DNA of 64,000 nucleotides from Granulicella sp. (GTDB taxonomy: Bacteria; Acidobacteriota; Terriglobia; Terriglobales; Acidobacteriaceae), in contig DAHWNL010000036.1 in the NCBI GenBank assembly GCA_027339965.1, forward strand, positions 32,001 through 96,000, in the 5' to 3' direction. The position numbers and the translations under genes are program-made. Below the pieces are notes generated by a model. The model was given only the letters and a program-made list of their open reading frames with translations, searched no databases and was not told the origin of the DNA. Shown in pieces: positions 30,241-39,260 of this stretch. The stretch's first letter is position 1. Every line of letters begins with the position of its first letter.

Positions 30241-31878
30241 ATGGCAACTTCCATTCCAGTTGCAATTCCGTACAGCAATGAGCCGATGAACGAGGTGGAG
30301 CGAGCGCAGATGCTGGCTCGCCGCTATCACGCCGAGTTTGTGGATCTGAAGAACTTCAAGATTCAGGTGGAGTTGTTCAAGTCCGTGCCGGTGGACATGA
30401 TGTTTCGTTACAACTTTGTGCCGCTGGAGCAGAGCGAAGGTCGGCTGGCGATTGCCGTGGCCGATCCCTCCAAGCTGATGGTGATCGACGAGATCGCCGG
30501 TCTGCTGGGGGCGCGAATCGTCACTCGGGTGGCGACGCTGAGCCAGATCACGGATCTGCTGAAGAAAAACGAGCAGTCTCAGCGCGTGCTGGACGAGGCC
30601 AGCGAGGGGCTGGCTTTCGATGTGCTGTCCAACGAGGAGAACTCCGAGGAGAACATCTCGATTGAGAAGCTGACGGCCGATGATGATATCTCGCCGATCA
30701 TCCGCCTGGTGGATACGACGATCTTTACCGCGCTGGAGCGGCGCGCCTCGGATATCCATCTGGAAACCTATGACGACTCTCTGCTGGTGAAGTATCGCAT
30801 CGACGGCGTGCTGCAGCAGGCAATGGCGCCGATTGCGCGCGAGCACCACCAGACGATTTTGTCCCGCATCAAAGTCATGAGCGAGCTGGACATCGCCGAG
30901 CGCCGCGTGCCGCAGGACGGCCGCTTCCGGGTGCGTTACAAAGGGCGGCTGATCGACTTCCGGGTCAGCATCATGCCGACGGTGCATGGAGAGAACGCCG
31001 TGCTGCGCGTGCTGGATAAGGAGTCGATGAGCGAGAAGTTCACCAAGCTCTCGCTGGACGTGGTGGGCTTTGCGGAGAAGGATCTGGCCCGCTTTCGGCG
31101 CTACATCAAGGAGCCCTATGGGATGGTGCTGGTCACCGGACCCACCGGATCGGGCAAGACCACCACGCTCTACGCCGCGCTCAATGAGATCAAGAGCGAA
31201 GAGGACAAGATCATCACCATTGAGGATCCGGTGGAGTATCAGATTCGCGGCATCACGCAGATTCCAGTGAATGAGAAGAAGGGGCTCACCTTTGCCCGCG
31301 GGCTGCGCTCGATTCTGCGCCATGATCCGGACAAGATTCTGGTGGGCGAGATCCGCGATGCGGAGACGGCGCAGATTGCGATCAATTCGGCTCTTACCGG
31401 GCATCTGGTGTTTACCACGGTTCACGCCAACAACGTGGTGGATGTGCTGGGCCGCTTCCTGAACATGGGGGTTGAGCCGTACAACTTTGTCAGTGCGCTC
31501 AACTGCATTCTGGCGCAGCGGCTGGTGCGCCAGGTTTGTGAGTTCTGCGTGCGCGACGTGCATTACACGGACGCCGAACTGGAGCAGAACGGCCTGCGCC
31601 CGGAGGAGTGGCGGGATGTAACCTTCAAGGAAGGGCCGGGGTGCATCGAGTGTGGAGGAACCGGCTATCGAGGCCGATCGGCCATTCATGAGCTGCTGGA
31701 GCTGGACGATCAGATTCGCGAGATGCTGCTGGAGAAGCGTCCGGGCTCGGAGATTCGAAAGGCGGCCAAGGACAAGGGAATGTCCTTTTTGCGGGACTCC
31801 GCCTTGGAGCGGGTGCGGATGGGAATTACCACGCTGCGAGAGATTAACAAGGTAACCTTCATTGAGCAGGGCCGATAG
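30241..31878 (+). CDS. pilB: Type IV pilus/T2SS assembly ATPase (PilB/GspE)
   Basis: ASDIHLE, LDIAERRVPQDGR, Walker A GPTGSGKTT, TIEDPVE, RHDPDKILVGEIRD, TGHLVFTTVH, tetracysteine motif. Confidence 0.95.
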   Translation: MATSIPVAIPYSNEPMNEVERAQMLARRYHAEFVDLKNFKIQVELFKSVPVDMMFRYNFVPLEQSEGRLAIAVADPSKLMVIDEIAGLLGARIVTRVATLSQITDLLKKNEQSQRVLDEASEGLAFDVLSNEENSEENISIEKLTADDDISPIIRLVDTTIFTALERRASDIHLETYDDSLLVKYRIDGVLQQAMAPIAREHHQTILSRIKVMSELDIAERRVPQDGRFRVRYKGRLIDFRVSIMPTVHGENAVLRVLDKESMSEKFTKLSLDVVGFAEKDLARFRRYIKEPYGMVLVTGPTGSGKTTTLYAALNEIKSEEDKIITIEDPVEYQIRGITQIPVNEKKGLTFARGLRSILRHDPDKILVGEIRDAETAQIAINSALTGHLVFTTVHANNVVDVLGRFLNMGVEPYNFVSALNCILAQRLVRQVCEFCVRDVHYTDAELEQNGLRPEEWRDVTFKEGPGCIECGGTGYRGRSAIHELLELDDQIREMLLEKRPGSEIRKAAKDKGMSFLRDSALERVRMGITTLREINKVTFIEQGR

Positions 31879-32070
31879 CCCTCCGGCTGACGGTTGGAAT
31901 GGGGAAAGGGCGCGGAGGATCGAAGCAGAGGCCCTGCCAGGGAGCGAATAGCTCGCCCGGAGCGACCCGGGCGCGGTGTCTGGATCAGGAAACCGAGGCG
32001 CGGATCAAACGACCAAACTCTCCCAGAACTGCCATCCCTATCTCTTGCAAGGTACTCTAGTTAGAGCCTG

Positions 32071-33258
32071 ATGAACATTCTTCCCCAAGCTTCTGGAACC
32101 CGCCCTCGTCTGGCCTGTGAGATTCTGCCGCAGGGTGTGGTGGCAGGCCGCTCAAGCGCCGCCAATGCGGCGTTGGAGGCGGTGTCGCTGGTGACGTTGG
32201 CCCGCGGGGTGGTGGCCCCAGGGCTGAAGCCGGGCAATCTGCAGGATCGAGCGGCTGTCGTGGATGCGATCCGCAACGCCTTGGAAAAGATTGGAGAGCG
32301 GGCCAACGCGCGCGATGGCGATCTGACCCTGGTGATTCCGGATGCCGCGGTGCGTGTCTTGCTGCTGGAGTTTGAGGCACTGCCGGCGCGGGCCGCGGAA
32401 GCGCTGCCGCTGGTGCGCTTCCGTTTGAAGAAGCTGCTGCCCTTCGATGCGGATGAAGCCATGGTCAGTTATCAGATTTTGAGCTCGAGCAAGGCTGGGG
32501 TGCGGGCGCTGGCGGTGGGGATTCCCCGGGATGTTTTGGGCGAGTATGAGGCGGCGGTGCGTGCGGCCGGTTTTGAGCCGGGAGCTGTACTGCCCAGTAC
32601 CCTGGCCAGTCTGGCTGTGTTGCCGGATACGGAGCCGGCGCTGTTGGTGAACGCCAATCCCCTCGGGGTAACGGCGGCCATTGTTCGCGCAGGCGTGCTT
32701 CTGCTGCATCGCAGCGTGGATCTCCAGGAACATGGCGTGCCGGGGCATGGCGTGCCGGGGCATGCCGTGCCGGGGAATGCCGCGTCCGGTGCTTTGCCGC
32801 CGGCTCTGAACATCTCTGGTGGCCAGGATGCCTATGGTGGCCAGGATTCCTCTGGCGGCCAGGATGCCTCTGGTGGCCAGGATTCCTCTGGCGGCCAGGA
32901 TGCCGGTTGGGCTTACCCCGCCTGGAGAGAGACGTCCGGCGCGGACAAGAGCCCGGAAGGCAGCCCGGCTGGATCTAGACTCGAGCCGGTCCCTTGGGCG
33001 GGCGAGATTGCGCAGGCGGTCAGCGTGGCTGCTGCCTACTTTGAGGACACGCTGTCAGCGCCTCCCGCTCAGGTGCTAAGCGCGGGACCACTGGGGGCGG
33101 AGCGGCTGAGCGGGATTTTACGGAGTTCGGGCGTGGTGGAGGAGGGCGGCTGGAAGGTGCGCGAGCTGGTGGAAGAGACAGCTCTGCAGCCGCGGGCGGT
33201 CAAGGCGGTCTCCTCGCTTGGCTGGCTGGCGGGAGTGGTGGGGGCGCTGCGCGGCTGA
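32071..33258 (+). CDS. PilM-like pilus alignment protein with a low-complexity insert
   Basis: Position in the operon; LVIPDAAVRV, RFRLKKLLPFD, EYEAAVRAAGFEPG resemble the actin-like PilM fold. Confidence 0.7.
   Translation: MNILPQASGTRPRLACEILPQGVVAGRSSAANAALEAVSLVTLARGVVAPGLKPGNLQDRAAVVDAIRNALEKIGERANARDGDLTLVIPDAAVRVLLLEFEALPARAAEALPLVRFRLKKLLPFDADEAMVSYQILSSSKAGVRALAVGIPRDVLGEYEAAVRAAGFEPGAVLPSTLASLAVLPDTEPALLVNANPLGVTAAIVRAGVLLLHRSVDLQEHGVPGHGVPGHAVPGNAASGALPPALNISGGQDAYGGQDSSGGQDASGGQDSSGGQDAGWAYPAWRETSGADKSPEGSPAGSRLEPVPWAGEIAQAVSVAAAYFEDTLSAPPAQVLSAGPLGAERLSGILRSSGVVEEGGWKVRELVEETALQPRAVKAVSSLGWLAGVVGALRG
32731..32775 (+). repeat. In-frame 15-bp tandem repeat x3 (HGVPG)
   Basis: CATGGCGTGCCGGGG x2 followed by CATGCCGTGCCGGGG. 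Confidence 0.9.
32815..32904 (+). repeat. In-frame 18-bp tandem repeat x5 (SGGQDA/S)
   Basis: T(C/A)TGG(T/C)GGCCAGGAT(G/T)CC units at 32815, 32833, 32851, 32869, 32887. Confidence 0.92.
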
Positions 33259-34121
33259 TGCGAATTACGGTCAATCTCGCCACGCGGCCCTATATCGAAC
33301 TGGGGCCTATCGTTCTGCGGCTGCGGATTCTGATGGCCTTCCTGGCTCTGTTGGCGGTGGCCGGGCTGGCGTTTTCTCATCTGCTGGAGAAGAAGCTGGA
33401 GGCGGCGCAGGCGAAACTGAACGCGGTACATGTCAAGGTGCTGGCAGCGCAGACTGAGAGGCGCGCCAATATTCAGCGGATGCATGAGCCGGCCAACGCC
33501 GCCATTCTGACCCGAGCGCACTTTCTGAACGCCCTGTTTCTGCGCAAGAGTTTTTCCTGGACGGCGGTGATGATGGATCTGGAGATGGTGCTGCCGGAGG
33601 GCGTGCAGGTGACCTCCATCGAGCCGGAGCCGACCTCCAATGGGGATGTGATGATTCATCTGCGAGTCTCCGGCGACCGGGACCGCGCCGTGCAACTGGT
33701 GCGGAATCTGGAGCGGTCGAAGCGGTTTCGGGATCCGCAGTTGACCGGGGAGGCGACCGAGGCGAAGGATCTGAGCCAGCAGGGCAATCGCATGAGTGCA
33801 GCCGGTCCGATGGCGGGTCCGCCGCCGGGCGTCGAGTTCGAGATCCTGGCCAACTACAACCCCTTGCCTCCCGGGGAGTCCTTTTCCACTCTGGGTCCCT
33901 CGGCTGTCGGAAAGCACCCCGGCCGGGCGCCAAAGGTAGGAAAGCAGGCGGCTGCCTCGAACAAGCCGGCCTCTGGGGTCAAACACGTGCTAGGACGCCG
34001 CGCAGGGCGGAGGTTAGCTCCGCGGAGTGCTTCTGCTTCCGGCTCGCATGCTTCCGGCGCGCATGGTGCTGCTTCGCATGCCTCGCAGACTCACCGGGCG
34101 GGAACAGGAGGTGCTTTGTGA
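33258..34121 (+). CDS. PilN-like protein
   Basis: N-terminal VNLATRP (INL-like motif), TM helix, coiled coil, LEMVLPEGVQVTSI, LERSKRF. TGATG overlap with the upstream gene. Confidence 0.8.
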   Translation: MRITVNLATRPYIELGPIVLRLRILMAFLALLAVAGLAFSHLLEKKLEAAQAKLNAVHVKVLAAQTERRANIQRMHEPANAAILTRAHFLNALFLRKSFSWTAVMMDLEMVLPEGVQVTSIEPEPTSNGDVMIHLRVSGDRDRAVQLVRNLERSKRFRDPQLTGEATEAKDLSQQGNRMSAAGPMAGPPPGVEFEILANYNPLPPGESFSTLGPSAVGKHPGRAPKVGKQAAASNKPASGVKHVLGRRAGRRLAPRSASASGSHASGAHGAASHASQTHRAGTGGAL

Positions 34122-34981
34122 GTGCGGCTTTCAGTCCCCTGGGCGGCGAGCGCGCGTTGGGCAGCGCCGGCGGCGCCGCTCCGCCGGAGGAGTCGGCGCC
34201 GGCCAACCCGCTGCTGCGACTGATCGCGCGCGCCCGGAAGATGCTTACCACGTTGAACCTGCATCTGGCCGGCGTGGCTGTGCTTTTGCTCTTTGTGCTC
34301 TATCTGCTGGGGCATCTGATCTTTCTTTGGAACGGATTGAGCGCGAACAATGATGCTGCCGTGGACCAGCAGAAGGTGCAGTTGATCGCGGCGCAACTGG
34401 CGGCCAGGCCGCTGCGCGGGCTGGACAAGAAGCTGGTGGCGTCCACGCGCGATGCGGACGCGTTCTATCAGACCCGGCTGCCCTATGCCGACTCCCAGGT
34501 TGCGGCTGAGATTGGAGATCTGGCTCATAAGGCTGGGGTGCGCTGGACGCATGCGCAGTACGCCTACTTCCCGGTTCTTCCAGCCAAGTATGCGCTGACC
34601 CAGGTGAGCATCGACGCCAGCGTTTCCGGCGATTACAGGCCGATTGTGATGTTCATCAACTCCCTGGAGCGGGACAAGGTCTTCTTTGTGATCAATGGCA
34701 TCGATCTGTCCGGGCAGCAATCCGGGGAGGTAAATCTGCGCATCCGGTTGGCGACGTACCTGCGACCGCCGGACCAGAATGAACTCTCCGCGGAGATGCC
34801 CGGGATGGAGAGCGCAGCGGACGGGGCTGAGGCAGGGAACCTGGGGAGGCCGAGTCCGGCACCGGCCGCAGGCGGGGCACCCGGCTCGAAACCGGCCACC
34901 AGCAACTCTGGGATGGCCGTGCGCAGGCTTAGGAGCGGCCAGCCGAGCAGCCCTCTGTCCCAGACGGGAGGTCGGCCATGA
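34118..34981 (+). CDS. PilO-like protein
   Basis: TM helix followed by SVSGDYRPIVMFINSLER (PilO G.Y....F...LE motif). GTGA overlap. Confidence 0.75.
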   Translation: MSAAFSPLGGERALGSAGGAAPPEESAPANPLLRLIARARKMLTTLNLHLAGVAVLLLFVLYLLGHLIFLWNGLSANNDAAVDQQKVQLIAAQLAARPLRGLDKKLVASTRDADAFYQTRLPYADSQVAAEIGDLAHKAGVRWTHAQYAYFPVLPAKYALTQVSIDASVSGDYRPIVMFINSLERDKVFFVINGIDLSGQQSGEVNLRIRLATYLRPPDQNELSAEMPGMESAADGAEAGNLGRPSPAPAAGGAPGSKPATSNSGMAVRRLRSGQPSSPLSQTGGRP

Positions 34982-35700
34982 GTGCTGCTCCGGTCAAGGA
35001 CAAGAAGACGCTGGTGGTAGGTTCTACCTTTGGCGTGCTGCTGCTCGTCTTCGTCCTCTATGCGTACAACAGCTTCTTTGGCGGGTCGCCGAACCCTGCG
35101 GCCACAGCCGCTCCGGCTGCCGAGCCAGCCACCGCGCAGCCGGCCGCCGGCGCAAGCTCTCAAACCGAGGGAGGAGCGGAGGGCTCCGGCTTCTACGGGT
35201 CCGCTGGTTCGGCGAGGAACTCCAGAGCGAGTCTAGGCGTGGCTCCCGGGGTGGCTGCCCAGATGCTGGCCAGTACTACCTCCAGCCTGGATCCCACGCT
35301 GGACGAGTCGGCCATGTTGCGGACGGAGAGTCTGGTGTACACCGGCACAGGACGCAACATCTTTTCGGCTGCGTCGTCTCCGCCGCCTTCGGCGGCAGCA
35401 TTGTTGATTCCCAAGGGCTTGCCGGGGGCCAGACCGGGAGGGGTAGCGGCTGGCGCAGCCAAAGCCGTGCCGGCAGGACCGCCTCCGCCTCCGCCCATTC
35501 CGCTCAAGTTCTTCGGAACCGCGATCCGCGTGACGGGGAAGAATCAGGCGTTCCTGCTGGATGGGCAGAATGTGTATCTGGCCTCCGAGGGCGATATCGT
35601 CGGACGCCGATACCGGGTGGTTCATATTGGCCCCACCAGCATCCAGGTGGAGGATCTGCTGAACAACGACACGCAGACTCTGCCGCTGCAAAACCGCTGA
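34978..35700 (+). CDS. Pilus-cluster membrane protein (PilP/GspC-position hypothetical)
   Basis: TM, Ala/Pro linker, GRNIF, PLKFFG, AFL...EGDIVGRRYRV. ATGA overlap. Confidence 0.7.
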   Translation: MSAAPVKDKKTLVVGSTFGVLLLVFVLYAYNSFFGGSPNPAATAAPAAEPATAQPAAGASSQTEGGAEGSGFYGSAGSARNSRASLGVAPGVAAQMLASTTSSLDPTLDESAMLRTESLVYTGTGRNIFSAASSPPPSAAALLIPKGLPGARPGGVAAGAAKAVPAGPPPPPPIPLKFFGTAIRVTGKNQAFLLDGQNVYLASEGDIVGRRYRVVHIGPTSIQVEDLLNNDTQTLPLQNR

Positions 35701-35907
35701 GAGGATTTCGTGGCGCGCGTTCCGGGAAAAAGGCCAGATGCGGGGAGCCTCGCCGGGAAGTTCCAGGCAGCAGCCGGAGAGGGCTGAGGCCCGGTGAGAC
35801 GGTTGTGGATCCGCCGCGTCCAATCTTGTAGGTTACGTTAAAGGATCGCGTGGTTGACCTTTCGGTTGTTCGTCTTCGAGAGCCCATGCTTCCGCTGGAG
35901 AACTCGG

Positions 35908-36954
35908 TTGAGATACGCTGCCACAGTTCGCTGTCCGCCCGGCGCCCCGCAACCTGGCCCTGGCGCCACGGTCTCGTGCGCAGCCGAAGAGGGGTTCATG
36001 CTGGTGGCCGCGGTGGTGATGGTGGCCCTGCTGGCGATTGCGATCTCCGTAGCGGCCCCGATGGTGGCTCGGCAATTGCAGCGGGATAAGGAGGTCGAGA
36101 GCCAGCACCGGATGGAAGAGTACGTTCGTGCGATCCAGCTCTACTATCGAAGTTTCGGAAACTACCCGCCTTCCATCAAGGCGTTGGAGAACAACAACAA
36201 TATTCGGTTTTTGCGTAAGGTGTATGTTGATCCGTTAACCGGAAAGGCCGACTACCGGCTGATTCATCAGGGCGAACAGCAGACTAAGATTCACGTATTC
36301 TTCGGCCAGGATCTGGATGACCTGGCGGCGAATCTGGGCGGGGGCTCGGGAATGCCGGCAGGCGCCATGGGGGCCATGGGAGCCTCGGGAGGGATGGCTC
36401 CGGGCGGACCGACCAGCGGCTCTCTTCCGGGTGGCCTCGGCTCCGGCCCGGGAGGATCATCGACGGGAAGCGACCTTGGCGGAAGCTCTTTTGGGAGTAG
36501 CACGAGCGGTCCGGGCAGTAGCGGCGGAACGTCGGCCAGCAATGGCAGCTCGGGAAGCAGCGGAGGCAACGGCAGCAGCTCGAACTCGGACGATGACCTG
36601 GACGCCGATACGCTGGGCGTGATTGTAGGCGTCGGAACCTCCAGGACGGGAACCTCCATCACCCAGCCTAACGGGCAGACGTCCTACGAATCCTGGGAGT
36701 TCTGGTACGACCCGAAGCTGGATATGCTCAAGCAGTCGGTCAACGTGAGTGGAGGCGGGAGTGGGATGACCTCGCAGTCGGCCAGCAGCTTTGGGCAGAA
36801 TGCGGTCACGGGCCAGCCCAACTCCGGAGCGGGTGGAAGCAGCGCATTCGGAAGCAGTTCGTTTGGAAGCAGTTCTCCGAGCAGTAGCCCGATGGGGAGC
36901 AGCGGGCCGAATGGGGCCAACTCCAATAGTCCGTTCTCCAGCAGTCCGTTCTGA
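35908..36954 (+). CDS. Pseudopilin/minor pilin-like protein with Gly/Ser-rich regions; start uncertain
   Basis: Prepilin site EEG|FMLVA followed by a hydrophobic helix; YVRAIQLYY, YP, RFLRKVYVDPLTG. Confidence 0.78.
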   Translation: MRYAATVRCPPGAPQPGPGATVSCAAEEGFMLVAAVVMVALLAIAISVAAPMVARQLQRDKEVESQHRMEEYVRAIQLYYRSFGNYPPSIKALENNNNIRFLRKVYVDPLTGKADYRLIHQGEQQTKIHVFFGQDLDDLAANLGGGSGMPAGAMGAMGASGGMAPGGPTSGSLPGGLGSGPGGSSTGSDLGGSSFGSSTSGPGSSGGTSASNGSSGSSGGNGSSSNSDDDLDADTLGVIVGVGTSRTGTSITQPNGQTSYESWEFWYDPKLDMLKQSVNVSGGGSGMTSQSASSFGQNAVTGQPNSGAGGSSAFGSSSFGSSSPSSSPMGSSGPNGANSNSPFSSSPF

Positions 36955-37066
36955 TGCTGCCAGCCCACAGGTCAAAAAAGCGGAAAAGCCGAGATGTGAG
37001 GTGCCCAGCGGTTTGGAGGAGAGGCGATGAGAGAGTCGCCGCGGTGACGGCTGCGGCGAGGATCTG

Positions 37067-37240
37067 TCAGCGCTTGATCGCCCACATGGCCCAACTGGCG
37101 ACGATCACGGCGGCAACAAACAGGAAAAAGCAGAGGGCGCCGAAGCGGATCATCATGCGGGGCTGTTCGCGCTGGGTGATGCCGAAGACCACCGAGATGC
37201 AGAGCGCAAAGATCAGCATGGCGGAGAAGTGCGTGAGCAT
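37067..37240 (-). CDS. Small two-TM membrane protein (57 aa; below the ORF-track cutoff)
   Basis: MLTHFSAMLIFALCISVVFGITQREQPRMMIRFGALCFFLFVAAVIVASWAMWAIKR*; TGATG overlap with the upstream stop. Confidence 0.75.
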   Translation of the reverse strand: MLTHFSAMLIFALCISVVFGITQREQPRMMIRFGALCFFLFVAAVIVASWAMWAIKR

Positions 37241-37692
37241 CAGAGAGAGGCCTTTCTGCCGTTGGCGAGCGAGTAGGCATCGATCGCAGCGATCATGTTG
37301 AGCAAGCCTCCGACCACCAGAAACTTGGTTCCGTAGTCCGCCAGGGTGTTCACCACCGAGGCCGCGCCCCAGTCGAAGAGCCGAGCCAGAAGATAGGGCA
37401 GGCCAACGCCCAGTTGCCCGGCGAAGCCGAGCATATCCATGAGGTCACCGGTGTTGGGCAGATAGACCTTGCCGGAGAGCATAAGGCCGACGGCATACAT
37501 GGTGAGGATGGCAGCGAAGAGCAGGAGGGCGCGCACCCACTTGCCAATGAGAAAGTGTCCCGCTCCGGGCAACAGCCAGCCGACGGCAAGCACCACGACC
37601 GGGAACATGCTGGAGTTCTCTTCCGGCAGCGGAGGCGCAGATTGCCGCTGTCTGGACGCATAGCTGGTGCTGGGCTGGTTCGGTGGGGCCAT
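37240..37692 (-). CDS. Membrane protein (DUF6677-like)
   Basis: GWLLPGAGHF, DYGTKFLVVGGLLNMIAAIDAY. Confidence 0.75.
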   Translation of the reverse strand: MAPPNQPSTSYASRQRQSAPPLPEENSSMFPVVVLAVGWLLPGAGHFLIGKWVRALLLFAAILTMYAVGLMLSGKVYLPNTGDLMDMLGFAGQLGVGLPYLLARLFDWGAASVVNTLADYGTKFLVVGGLLNMIAAIDAYSLANGRKASL

Positions 37693-37739
37693 GGCTGTTG
37701 ATTTTACCAGCAGCATCGAGCGCCGCGCCTGTGGACTGG

Positions 37740-38945
37740 TCAGATCTGTAATAACTGGCGCTGCAGGGGGCCGGTGACCGTGGCGCTGCCGGTACGGGTG
37801 ATCATGTTGATCTCACTGCGGACGCCAAACTCGCCGGGGAAGTAAATTCCGGGTTCCACGGAGAAGCAGGTATTGGGCAGGAGGAGACGTTCGTCATGGG
37901 TCTCGAGGTTGTCCAGATGGGTTCCGTTGCCGTGCAACGCGACTTCAATGTTGTGGCCGGTTCGATGGGTGAAGAACTCGGCGAAACCGGCCTCGCGGAT
38001 CACGGCGCGAGCGGCGTCGTCGGCCTCCCAGCCGGCGATGGGCCGGCCTTCGGTGCAAGCGCGCTGGATGGCCTCAATCGCAGCGTCGCGCGCGTCACGG
38101 ACAGTATTGAAGATGAGTTGCTCGCGGTCCGTGGGGGCGCGTCCGATGACGGCGGTCCAGGTGATGTCATACCAGACGGCGGACGGATCGGGCAGGTCTG
38201 GATTGTCCGGAGCGGCCAGTTTGGCCCAGATGTCGATCAGGAGAAAGTCGCCGTGGCGCAGCCTGCGAGCGCTCTCCTCGGTGGGCTCATAGTGAGAGTC
38301 GGCAGAGTTGGGGCCGGCGCTGCAGTTGGGGCCATGATCGGTCCAAAGACCGGCCTGGCGCATCTGTCGGCGCAGAAATTGCACGACGTCAAACTCGCTA
38401 AGGGCTGCTCCTGCTTGAAGGCTCTCGCCGATATACCTCCAGCCTGAGGCGAGGACAGCGTCCAGGCGCCGCTGCGCCTCATAGTGGGTGAGGATCTGGG
38501 CTTCCGTCAGCACGGCTTCAAACAGGCCGACCAGATCCGCGGAGCTGACCACAGCTTTGCCCATGGAACGGACCAGTTCCACAGTGCCGGCGTCCACCAT
38601 GGAGACGTACATGATGGCGTTGCGCGGAGAGTACTGCATGGCAACGGTGGTCGCGCCATCGAGGAGTTCTTCGAGCTTCTGTTCGAGTTCCTGCCACGAG
38701 GAATAGGCATCCTTGCTGCCTGGCAGGCTGTCTAACTTGCCGGCCTCAACGCGGTGGACCAGCTTACGCGGTTCGCCCTCAGCCGGCACAAAGTAGAACC
38801 AGCGCCGAGAGACGAAGCTCTTTTCGTCCAGGCCCAGAACCCGGTAGGCGATGGGGTCGCGGTGGTGGTGGTCGTAGAACAGCCAGCCGTCAAAATGGCG
38901 CGACCGGAGCGCGGATTGCAATGGCGAGAGGTCGAAGTGATCCAT
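37740..38945 (-). CDS. M24-family (Xaa-Pro) aminopeptidase
   Basis: DSHY, LLIDIWA, WYDITW, FTHRTGH, FSVEPGIY, GVRSE metal-ligand pattern. Confidence 0.92.
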   Translation of the reverse strand: MDHFDLSPLQSALRSRHFDGWLFYDHHHRDPIAYRVLGLDEKSFVSRRWFYFVPAEGEPRKLVHRVEAGKLDSLPGSKDAYSSWQELEQKLEELLDGATTVAMQYSPRNAIMYVSMVDAGTVELVRSMGKAVVSSADLVGLFEAVLTEAQILTHYEAQRRLDAVLASGWRYIGESLQAGAALSEFDVVQFLRRQMRQAGLWTDHGPNCSAGPNSADSHYEPTEESARRLRHGDFLLIDIWAKLAAPDNPDLPDPSAVWYDITWTAVIGRAPTDREQLIFNTVRDARDAAIEAIQRACTEGRPIAGWEADDAARAVIREAGFAEFFTHRTGHNIEVALHGNGTHLDNLETHDERLLLPNTCFSVEPGIYFPGEFGVRSEINMITRTGSATVTGPLQRQLLQI

Positions 38946-39260
38946 ACGAATCATCATAATCCGTGAGTATCCCAGAGTGGGAGCCAAAGCCATTCCGGGA
39001 TCCAGGCGGGGATGGGCAGCGGTCGGGCGGAGGATCCACGGCGGCAAGCGGAGAGTCCGGGGGAGGACGAGTTTCTGCTCTCCGCTTGTTTCCGCAGGAT
39101 GTTTGCCTCTTGAAGGGTATTGTCCGGCTGCGCCGATTCCGGTTAGGCTTGTTGGAGCGCTGGAGAGGTCTCTCCGGGCGCTGTCCAAGCAGAGCAGGCC
39201 GAGACGTCGGTTCCTCCGCTGCTCCGGAAGAGAAAGCCGCGCCTCGGAGCCGTAATTTCC

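Noticed and set aside
32815..32904. Tandem repeats as a CRISPR array (also 60348-60431)
   Set aside because: No spacers, in-frame within coding sequence, and no cas genes in the window.
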